Shown: piece by piece, positions 1 to 8,362 of the stretch | How the letters are laid out: each line of letters starts with the position of its first letter | How positions within the stretch are numbered: the first letter of the stretch is position 1 | Notes under the pieces: generated by a model | Databases searched by the model: none | What the model saw: only the letters and a program-made list of their open reading frames with translations | What the model was told of the DNA's origin: nothing | Made by a program: the position numbers and the translations under genes | Assembly: GCA_965644315.1 (NCBI GenBank) | Contig: CBFFRQ010000148.1 | Location: 1-30,945 of the forward strand | Direction of reading: 5' to 3' | DNA length: 30,945 nt | From: Caecitellus pseudoparvulus | Taxonomy: Eukaryota > Protista > Bigyra: Bicosoecida

Positions 1-603
1 TAACCCTAACCCTAACCCTAACCCTAACCCTAACCCTAACCCTAACCCTAACCCTAACCCTAACCCTAACCCTAACCCTAACCCTAACCCTAACCCTAAC
101 CCTAACCCTAACCCTAACCCTAACCCTAACCCTAACCCTAACCCTAACCCTAACCCTAACCCTAACCCTAACCCTAACCCTAACCCTAACCCTAACCCTA
201 ACCCTAACCCTAACCCTAACCCTAACCCTAACCCTAACCCTAACCCTAACCCTAACCCTAACCCTAACCCTAACCCTAACCCTAACCCTAACCCTAACCC
301 TAACCCTAACCCTAACCCTAACCCTAACCCTAACCCTAACCCTAACCCTAACCCTAACCCTAACCCTAACCCTAACCCTAACCCTAACCCTAACCCTAAC
401 CCTAACCCTAACCCTAACCCTAACCCTAACCCTAACCCTAACCCTAACCCTAACCCTAACCCTAACCCTAACCCTAACCCTAACCCTAACCCTAACCCTA
501 ACCCTAACCCTAACCCTAACCCTAACCCTAACCCTAACCCTAACCCTAACCCTAACCCTAACCCTAACCCTAACCCTAACCCTAACCCTAACCCTAACCC
601 TAA
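1..603 (+). repeat. Terminal telomeric array (CCCTAA/TTAGGG)n, about 100 perfect units
   Basis: Uninterrupted TAACCC from base 1 to 603. The C-rich strand at the 5' end of the + strand indicates a left chromosome end. Confidence 0.99.
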
Positions 604-814
604 TGTCAACCTAATCATAGGTTGTGCATTGCTAACATTGCCTAATCCAGGCGCTCGTGCACCCAAGTGTGGTGTTGCACAGTGTTTGGGTTGGCAGTGC
701 AGCGCGCGGGTGGCAGCTGTGCGAATTCCGCACGCCATCACACCAGCGCAAGCAGTGTGCACTCCCCGCGGGAGTCTGCACCTGTGGATACCTGCATCAC
801 GTTCCATCATCACC

Positions 815-3800
815 ATGGAAGCCAAGACAAGTCAAGTACTGGGTGCGCTCTTCGTGGATAAGTGCATTGCTGCGCGAGCAATGCGTGGACCAAGAACGGG
901 CGGATTTACTGACATGCCGCGCCGAGGCGCTGCACGAACGTTTGAGCTTGGCGGAGTGCCCATCGACGAAGACCCTTCAACATCTTCATCAACAATCCGA
1001 GATTCCTGGCTTCAAGTCTTTGGTGAGGCGGCGGAGGCCCAGTTCCCTGGCATCTGTGCGGAAGTTGGGCGTGGTGCAGCGGCGTTGCGCCGCCCACAAG
1101 GAACCCCAGCTGCCCTGCTAGTCTCGCTTGGCGGAGGAAGTGCCAGCGCAGAGCTGGCACGGAGCATACGCGAAGCAGCAGCACGTGAGGACGACTTCAC
1201 TGTGCGCCTTGGACGAGGTGGCTTCATGGCTGTGGTGTTTCCAGACACACGCCAGTTCGCCAACGCCAAGGCCAAGGTGCAGGTGACTGCCTCGGCCCCA
1301 GTGCTCAAGGCGGCCCACCTCCTGATGCCCCAAGCCACGAAGATTGCTGTTGAGACAGGTGACGTAAGCTCAGTCGTGAAGCTCGTCAAGTCCCATCTTC
1401 ATGGCCACTCGCCGCCTGCTCGTCAAGACCGCCACTTCGTCCGACATTCCGTCCCCGTCAAGGGCGACGCCGCTGTCGACAAAGTGAACCGGCCTGCTCC
1501 ACCCAAGCCTGCCCACACTGCTCATCATGTGCCAGGCAAGCGCAAGAAGGTACGCCGAGGACAGCGCTCGAAGTCTTCGAAGCCATCCAATGTCGTGCCA
1601 GGACGAACGTTCGCTGACCTCTTCAAGACTCCCCCGTCCGAGCCCTCAGCAAGCCGACGCCCCTTCCGTACAGTGATGCCTGCCCCCACCACTTCACCGC
1701 GACCCACGACGGAGGTTGTCCTTCCATCCTCTCGGGTGCGCACTGGGGCTAGCACGCGATGGGACCAACCGCCAACTGCTGAGCAAGACTCAAAGCAACA
1801 ACACCATGCCCAGTCAGCAGCCCAACCCGCTCAGGCACCCAGCACTGAAACGGCCAGGACTTTGTTTGTTGGTGCAGACAAGCCAAGTGTCAAGTCTGAA
1901 CCGCAGGCATGCGACACGTTGGACATGCCAGACTCATCACCACCCTCCCCAGGAATCGTTGAAGTCGTTCGGATGGAAGACTGCAGCAGGCTCCCAGCGG
2001 ATCTCCCAAGACACAGAATCCCAACTGGGTCCCCGCTGGAACGCCTCCTTGCATCAAGCACAGTAGCTGGCAACCTTTCCGAGCGCCACTGTGTGCAAGC
2101 ATGTCTGGAAACTGCAGCGGGTGCTCAGGTGCTGGAGCCCGAGGATCTTCTCCTCCTCCAACACGCAGCCACAGTGGAAGCAGCGCAACGCGCATTCAAA
2201 ACCCTGCGCAAGCGAGAGGCTGCAGCCCTGTCTGACTCGTCCAGCTCGGATGTCCAGTGCCTGGCGCCGACTAGAGGCGTGGCCTCTTCGGATCCCGAGG
2301 ACCAGCTAGCAGCATTGGCCCGACTGCTGTACCGGTTCACTCCGGATGACTCGCTGCTGCAGCCCACGTCTCCCCCAGTGCTTCTGCCAGGTCTCCACAT
2401 GCTGCTGAACCGTATCAATGTTGGGCATGAAGACCTGCATGGCGGGAACAAGCACCATGGCGGTGTGAGTCCACAAGCGGTTGTGGACGAGGACGAGCAA
2501 GAGCGGTACTTCCATGGCGTCCACTTCGCCTTTGCTCTCCACCGGCCCCAACAAGTCCACGCTGCCCACCTGACTCTCATACTGGCTGACCATGACCGTG
2601 GAGTCCTTGTCCTATGGAACCCAGACACACCTGATGCATGCACTGAGCTGCCCATGCACAAGTGTATGCAGAGACTCTACGATGACGCAGTGGACATGGT
2701 GTACAGAGTGTCGGCAACCCCCCACACCGGGAACCCAGTCCCTCTTTGTGACAGGATCCGAGACATATTCCACAGTCTGCGCCAGTCCTTCCCTCCCCTT
2801 CCCTTTGTGGACCACGAGGGGGCTGTCCACCTCAAGACGTTCATCGCGGGGAAGTCTACCAGGGTCACCATTCAAGCAGGCCGGCTCACTCGAGCACAGG
2901 CCTCTGCAGCAAGTGAGGCAAAGGAGCGCGACCCTCTGTTCCAACTCATTCCATCAGACGAGGATGCCATGCCCCCGAGGTGGGAGCAGAGTCCGTACAC
3001 ACCAGTGGGAAAGTCCAGCAGCATCCCAGTGTCGCTCGTGTCATGGAATGTTGCTGGGTCGTGTGGCCGCAACCTGCACAAGGTTCTCATCTGCGCCCAG
3101 TCTGTGTGCCTCCGTTCATCCAGACTGGTCCTCTGCCTCACGGAACCTGGTGGCCACGGCACACTTGACTCGGAAGTCATGGGGCTCCAATGTTTCAGGC
3201 CCTCCCCCCCAGATCGTCCACCCGGTCGCAGTGAAGTTGCGCTTCTGGTCGACCGTCGTCTACGCGCCACGCAGATAGTCAACCTTGGACTCGATGGGCG
3301 CTGTGTGGTCGCCTGCTCCATCCCCATGAAGCCAAGGCCCCTTGCTGTTATCGCGGCCTACGTGCCCAACTGGCACACGGCCCAGCGGAAGAAGCCACTT
3401 GCAGACCCAGACACTAAGCTGCCCCACCGCCAAGAGGTCTGGGAGCAGCTGGCCAACGCTGTAAAAAGTCTGCGAACCACGCATATGATCTCCCTCATGG
3501 GGGACCTCAACTGCCATCCTGGTGATGGCGGACTTCCTGCTTGGGACGCAACATGCTGGCAGAACCGGACCGATGTCGCTGACCCCATCCCAGATGTCAA
3601 GGAGCTCGCAATCGTGTGCGAGCATGGTAACCTCGAGCCAGCCGGGCTCGCCGGGTGCTCCACCCATGCCACGAACGGCAGAGCCCTGGACCACATCCTT
3701 GTCTGCCCACTGCTCAAGGCCCAGGTCAAGGTGCCACACACAGTGACGACAACCTTCTCCAGTGCAGGCAAGCAGAATCCGGAGAAGTCGATCCTGAGTG

Positions 3801-4585
3801 ACCACTACCTCCTGTCAGCAACAGTCCAAGTTGTGATCCCTCCACGGCCAAAGGGTGCCCGGCATGCCCACTCTTCCTTCTCTGTGCCGCCATGGTGGGC
3901 ATCATCTACACGTGAAGGGCGCAGGGCACAGACCTTGCACAGGCGGCTGCTTGACTCATCCATCACTGGTGCCGCATCCCCCCCACCCGGCCAAGCTGCA
4001 GACACCCTGCTGTCAGGCCTGGATGATTTGGTTGCCGACGCTGCCCGACAAGCCCATGCCAAGTGCAAAGTTGTGGCACCCCCGCTGCTTCAGGCCCTTG
4101 CCGACATTCGCACCCTCAGCTCTGTCAAGAAGCGGATGACAGTGAGGACAGGGCGGATCAAGAAGCAACTCCGCAAGCTTCATCGACGCCGGCACCTTCT
4201 TCAGCATAGCCAGTCACCCCATGCCCCAGCTGACCTACGTTGTGCGGATGAACGAAAGCACATGCTCATGGAGGACCTTGCTGCCACCCATGTTGAAAGG
4301 AAGAAGGCGATGCGCAAGTGTACTCGGCTGGTTGCCAAGAAACACAAGGCCGCCATGTTCCAAGTCCAGCAGCGCATCCGGGACCTTGCCCGGCTTGACC
4401 CCTTCACTGCTCACCTGCATGTGCGGAAGCTGTCCGGCAGAAGGAGGAAGGGCACTTCGTCGTCCATCCAGTCAGTCATGGACGACAGCGGCACCCTCAT
4501 CACAGACCCATCACAAGTGCGGGCTGTGGTCAGGGACCAGATGGCCCAGATCATCAGCCCCCTCAACGGCAAGTCGTGTCCCTGA
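815..4585 (+). CDS. Retrotransposon polyprotein, N-terminal part: ORF1-like region, putative cysteine-protease-like region and APE endonuclease
   Basis: The ATG at 815 is in CACCATGG context and aligns with the ATG of the short elements. APE motifs are SWNV (3041-3052), LCLTE, AAYVP, MGDLN (GDLN 3500-3511), LDHILV and SDH (3797-3805). It ends with a typical pre-RT linker, DDSGTLITDPSQVRAVV. Confidence 0.88.
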   Translation: MEAKTSQVLGALFVDKCIAARAMRGPRTGGFTDMPRRGAARTFELGGVPIDEDPSTSSSTIRDSWLQVFGEAAEAQFPGICAEVGRGAAALRRPQGTPAALLVSLGGGSASAELARSIREAAAREDDFTVRLGRGGFMAVVFPDTRQFANAKAKVQVTASAPVLKAAHLLMPQATKIAVETGDVSSVVKLVKSHLHGHSPPARQDRHFVRHSVPVKGDAAVDKVNRPAPPKPAHTAHHVPGKRKKVRRGQRSKSSKPSNVVPGRTFADLFKTPPSEPSASRRPFRTVMPAPTTSPRPTTEVVLPSSRVRTGASTRWDQPPTAEQDSKQQHHAQSAAQPAQAPSTETARTLFVGADKPSVKSEPQACDTLDMPDSSPPSPGIVEVVRMEDCSRLPADLPRHRIPTGSPLERLLASSTVAGNLSERHCVQACLETAAGAQVLEPEDLLLLQHAATVEAAQRAFKTLRKREAAALSDSSSSDVQCLAPTRGVASSDPEDQLAALARLLYRFTPDDSLLQPTSPPVLLPGLHMLLNRINVGHEDLHGGNKHHGGVSPQAVVDEDEQERYFHGVHFAFALHRPQQVHAAHLTLILADHDRGVLVLWNPDTPDACTELPMHKCMQRLYDDAVDMVYRVSATPHTGNPVPLCDRIRDIFHSLRQSFPPLPFVDHEGAVHLKTFIAGKSTRVTIQAGRLTRAQASAASEAKERDPLFQLIPSDEDAMPPRWEQSPYTPVGKSSSIPVSLVSWNVAGSCGRNLHKVLICAQSVCLRSSRLVLCLTEPGGHGTLDSEVMGLQCFRPSPPDRPPGRSEVALLVDRRLRATQIVNLGLDGRCVVACSIPMKPRPLAVIAAYVPNWHTAQRKKPLADPDTKLPHRQEVWEQLANAVKSLRTTHMISLMGDLNCHPGDGGLPAWDATCWQNRTDVADPIPDVKELAIVCEHGNLEPAGLAGCSTHATNGRALDHILVCPLLKAQVKVPHTVTTTFSSAGKQNPEKSILSDHYLLSATVQVVIPPRPKGARHAHSSFSVPPWWASSTREGRRAQTLHRRLLDSSITGAASPPPGQAADTLLSGLDDLVADAARQAHAKCKVVAPPLLQALADIRTLSSVKKRMTVRTGRIKKQLRKLHRRRHLLQHSQSPHAPADLRCADERKHMLMEDLAATHVERKKAMRKCTRLVAKKHKAAMFQVQQRIRDLARLDPFTAHLHVRKLSGRRRKGTSSSIQSVMDDSGTLITDPSQVRAVVRDQMAQIISPLNGKSCP

Positions 4586-7521
4586 AGTTCGGACTGGGCC
4601 GGCTGCTCCCATCGGCCCCGACCCACATGTCGACTGAAGCCGCCTGGACCCCGAGCGTGGACCATATCCTGAAGAAGATCCAGTCCCTGAGCCTCCACCG
4701 CAACCCTGGCACAGGGCACTACCAGGCTGAGCATGTCAAGTATGCCAGCGAGGACTTCCGGAAGAGGTACGCTGCCGCTCTTCAACAGGCCATCAGCACC
4801 GGTTCATGTCCAAGTCAGTACCACAGTGGGGTGGGGACACTCATCCCCAAGACCGCCAGCCAGGCCGGGAGGGTGCAGACATACAGGCTCATTGTCTGCC
4901 GTCCCCCCCAAGCCAAGCTCTTCTTCTCGGTCGTGGCCTCATGTGTCGAAGACTGGGTGCAGCACTGGATCTCACATGAGCAGGCAGGCTTCACCCATGC
5001 CCGCAACACCCACGAGCAGATCCTGGCCTTGCAGGAGGTGTCCACTGCCCACCTGCGCGCCAAGCCCACTGCCAGTGTCCTTGTCCTTTTCGTGGACTTC
5101 AAGAGTGCCTTTGACACTGTCAGCCACGAAGCGATACTCGAGATCCTCGAGTCAGCAAGCCTCCCACAGCCCCTGCTCAGCTGCGTGAAGGACTACATGC
5201 AGCGCGCCACAGTGGCCATTCACACTGGCCATGGTCTTTGCGACCCCCTCCCAGTCACCAACGGGGTCCCCCAGGGTGGCGCACTGTCGCCTCTGTTGTT
5301 CAAGGTGGCTATTGATGTGCTCTCTCAACGCCTGAGAGAGCTGCCAAGTCAGGGAGTGTCAGGGGCAGGAGTGCCGACACCCCGCGGCCACGTCACGCAT
5401 ACGCTCTATGCGGACGATCTTGCTTGCCTCGCCACCACCCCTGCTGCCCTCCATCGGATGTTCCTTGAAGTCAAGGCCCTGGGCAGCCGGGTGGGCTTGG
5501 CCATCAACCCGCGCAAGTCCGGGGTCATGGTCCTCACCGGGGCGCAACAGGTCAATGGGGTGTCAGCCACGGAGCGGCGGAAGCTCATCTGGCGGTCCCG
5601 CTGGCTGAGGTCAGGGCAGTCCATGAAGGTCAAGGGGACACCCATCCAACGCACGAGCACCTACTCGTACTTGGGTGTCCCCCTGTCTGAAACTGTCAGC
5701 CGAACCCGACTGCTTGCCACGAGGCAGGCCACTCTGTCCTGCACTCGGGCTGGGTTCGGCTGCGGTGCCCTCCTCAGTAGTGCGTGGCTGAGTCCGATCC
5801 TGAAGCAGCGGATCGGCACTGCCTCCATCAACAGTGCCGCCGACTACATCTTGGCGTCCCAGGTCAGCAACTCGGTGCTACCTTTGCGGGACGTCGATCG
5901 TGGACTTGCCATCGCCTTCAGCAAGGCCCAGCTGGGGATGCAAAGCTCGCTAGCACGTATGCACAACTATGCAAAGCTTGCTGTGTGCGGCGTCTTGCCA
6001 ACACACATCCGGGCGACGAAACTCCGCAGCATTATCTTCATGAAGCTGCTGAAGAATGTCCAAGTGCCCACCCCCATGGCCAAGGCGCTGTCCATCAGCC
6101 TGCGCCAAGCCCTGGACCTGCTGCCCTCCCCCCTGGACATGGCCAGCATCTTCCTGGCCAATGTCCGCCTCGACAGGCCAGGCGCTGGAGGCATCCCAGA
6201 TCCATGGGCCTTACACGGTCTACTCGACCTCTGGCTCCTTGGATGCCTCCCTGACCGCGCACGCCTGGAGGCTGTGTGCCTGGAGCCGCCGCCTGACTCT
6301 GCCCCAGACACACACGGGGTCGACATCACCGCTGGGATGGACCCCGCCCCCCCCAAGATCCAGCTGCTTGGACTCGCGGCAGCGGAGTCCTCAGATCTGT
6401 CGGCTGCCCCCCAGTTCCCGGACACCACCCCCTGGGCCACTCGGCAACGCGTCGTCGCCTCCTTCCTTCATGTGGCCCAGACGGTCAAGTGCGGTGCAGT
6501 TGGCTACACTCCCACGGGGGAGATGAAGGCCACCAGGCGTCCGAAGGAGTACCACATCGGTGTGGGTGCTCGCTTCTTCGCCTGGCTGCACCCGATCCCT
6601 TCCTCTGTGAACCCAGTCTTCTGGGTCCACGAAGGCGATCAGGAGAGACGTGTGAAGGTGCACCTGTGGCAGACGCTTCAAGTGTTCAACGGGGATGACA
6701 CCCCGACACTGTTCAGCGCCTGCCCCCTGTGCCACAGCGTCTCCTGGTGCAGCCTGCAGGAGCACGTCCTTCTTGACTGCCCCCACCACGCCCTGGTCCC
6801 TGCGAGAAGGTCCGCCCTGTCAGAGGTGCGGAACCTCCTGTCCAGATCCAATGATGCAGTGAGGGGGTCGCCAACTGCCAGTACCTCGAAGTACCCCCCA
6901 CTGCTGGAAGCTGTTGTCCACGCCGACGAAGGCCGCTTGTTGGGCCGCCCGTGTCGCCTGCTGCTGCTGCGACTGCTGCTGTGCGGCCAGTGGCCCCATC
7001 GGTGGGGCCAGCCTCCGGCACAACAGCCCTGGAGTCCCGAGGCAGCCGCGGTCCTGAGTAACCCCCATGTCACTCTCCGCGGCTCCTCGGGTCCACTCCG
7101 CCCCCCCGAGTACTGGCGCGAGGCCCTGGTAGCTGCCACGGGCCTCGCGGTATCTGCGTGGGACGCGGTGGTGACGTGCATGCTCAGCCTTACCTCTCGT
7201 GCCGACCGTCACATCCAGAGGCACGCCCGGTACCTCTGGTGGGCGGCGCATGGACGAACGTGTCCTCTCCCAGGTTACTCGGCTCCTGATCCGAGTACTG
7301 TGAGGAAGCATGTGCGGGACGTGAAGACGCGGCGCTTCGAGCGCACTTACTTCCCTGTCAAGTCCCCTCGTCGGCCGCCTCGCTCCTTCACGAGGCAGGC
7401 CACCTTGCTCGACTTCGGGCTGGCACGGCCGGAAGTCCACGAGGAACCTCCGGCACCGTCGATTTCATCCTCGGCGTCGTCCTCTGGGTCGTCCTTGAAG
7501 TGTCCATCTGACTCTGAGTAG
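4576..7521 (+). CDS. Non-LTR reverse transcriptase with C-terminal CCHC zinc finger, probably continuous with the upstream ORF
   Basis: RT motifs are LIPK, YRLI, EQAGF, FVDFKSAFDTVSH, GVPQGGALSPLLF, YADD (5407-5418), GLAINPRKS and YLGV. The finger CPLC-x10-H-x4-C lies at 6721-6780. The frame is open from 4399 and its first ATG is at 4627. Confidence 0.93.
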   Translation: MSLKFGLGRLLPSAPTHMSTEAAWTPSVDHILKKIQSLSLHRNPGTGHYQAEHVKYASEDFRKRYAAALQQAISTGSCPSQYHSGVGTLIPKTASQAGRVQTYRLIVCRPPQAKLFFSVVASCVEDWVQHWISHEQAGFTHARNTHEQILALQEVSTAHLRAKPTASVLVLFVDFKSAFDTVSHEAILEILESASLPQPLLSCVKDYMQRATVAIHTGHGLCDPLPVTNGVPQGGALSPLLFKVAIDVLSQRLRELPSQGVSGAGVPTPRGHVTHTLYADDLACLATTPAALHRMFLEVKALGSRVGLAINPRKSGVMVLTGAQQVNGVSATERRKLIWRSRWLRSGQSMKVKGTPIQRTSTYSYLGVPLSETVSRTRLLATRQATLSCTRAGFGCGALLSSAWLSPILKQRIGTASINSAADYILASQVSNSVLPLRDVDRGLAIAFSKAQLGMQSSLARMHNYAKLAVCGVLPTHIRATKLRSIIFMKLLKNVQVPTPMAKALSISLRQALDLLPSPLDMASIFLANVRLDRPGAGGIPDPWALHGLLDLWLLGCLPDRARLEAVCLEPPPDSAPDTHGVDITAGMDPAPPKIQLLGLAAAESSDLSAAPQFPDTTPWATRQRVVASFLHVAQTVKCGAVGYTPTGEMKATRRPKEYHIGVGARFFAWLHPIPSSVNPVFWVHEGDQERRVKVHLWQTLQVFNGDDTPTLFSACPLCHSVSWCSLQEHVLLDCPHHALVPARRSALSEVRNLLSRSNDAVRGSPTASTSKYPPLLEAVVHADEGRLLGRPCRLLLLRLLLCGQWPHRWGQPPAQQPWSPEAAAVLSNPHVTLRGSSGPLRPPEYWREALVAATGLAVSAWDAVVTCMLSLTSRADRHIQRHARYLWWAAHGRTCPLPGYSAPDPSTVRKHVRDVKTRRFERTYFPVKSPRRPPRSFTRQATLLDFGLARPEVHEEPPAPSISSSASSSGSSLKCPSDSE

Positions 7522-8351
7522 CGGGCGATGTGTGTAGAGCGCGGCGCGAGGCGGTGCAAGCTTACGGCGTGGCGTGGTGACAACCACGGTCGTGGCTGAG
7601 CGAAGTGCGAGAGCAGGGTGATGTGATGTCCTTGATGAATGACGGAACCTGCGGAAAGTTGGAAGATGATGAAGTGAATATGTCCAGTATACTTACATGA
7701 TGGCTCGGGGTCCACGTGCAGCCCGAGATAGATTCCTGTGACGGGGCGCGCGGAATTTGGCAGGGTGAACACGCGGGCGCGCGGGGCAACGTCGCAGGCG
7801 GGGCGCACAGGTCCTCAGGGCCTTGAGTGATGAGTCAGCTGGATTATCTGTGAAGAAAAGGAGGTGTTCTTGGTGTTCTTGGTGCGCGGGTGGCGTTGTT
7901 CCGGCGGTGCGCGCTGCTACCACCGGCGTGGTGCAGTGCAACACCGTCGTGAAACGCCACCCGAAGGCGGCCACTGCGGCTCAGGACAGCGCGCAGTGGC
8001 CCCAGGCACACGTGCAGTGCCTGGCAAGGGCCAGGAGAAGCGGGGGGTTTCTGAATTATGAAGCGAAGTGTGGACTGGAACGAAGCAAGAGTGGGCCCGG
8101 CCCCTCTGGCTCAGCCGACTGAGCCGAGAGGGCGCGGGCGGGGCAGTTCGACACGTATGGGCGGGCGCGGGCGCGCCCTAGCAAGCGGCGGCTCATACAA
8201 CGGACGTATGTCCGTGATGGCTGCAGACCCACGAGAGTGGGAGCCGCTGTAGCGCTCCTGGTGTGCCTTGTGCACAGCAGCGAACGCTACATGTGATGCC
8301 CAAGCTGTATCGCGTGCAAGCGTGAAGGCGACATGCAATGCATTGAATGAA

Positions 8352-8362
8352 CTAACCCTAAC
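8352..8362 (+). repeat. Interstitial telomeric spacer CTAACCCTAAC
   Basis: 11 nt of telomeric repeat between the long element's 3' end and the next element's 5' end (TTTCCAAATG). Confidence 0.9.

Larger units (their letters stand above)
604..8351 (+). mobile_element. Telomere-associated APE-type non-LTR retrotransposon (autonomous-type, near full length)
   Basis: It encodes APE, RT and CCHC motifs and is bounded by telomeric repeats on both sides (1-603 and 8352-8362). Its 5' and 3' termini are homologous to those of the two downstream elements. It has no LTRs and no poly(A). Confidence 0.93.

Noticed and set aside
629-814. N-terminal extensions in the ORF track (starts 629, 8424, 11360, 15748, 18828, 22180)
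   Set aside because: Most use TTG or GTG starts. The 15748 extension has no counterpart in the ankyrin paralogs. The retroelement extensions lie in different frames between families, so downstream ATGs that align across paralogs were preferred.
4576-7521. Telomerase (TERT), Penelope-like or group II intron RT
   Set aside because: The motif set (QAGF, DFKSAFD, GVPQG..LSPLLF, YADD), the upstream APE and the downstream CCHC finger fit an APE-type non-LTR element. I see no TERT T/CP motifs or GIY-YIG domain.
6781-7521. Second, restriction-like endonuclease (Dualen-type) or RNase H
   Set aside because: No convincing PD-(D/E)xK motif follows the CCHC finger, and I could not recognise RNase H catalytic motifs by eye.
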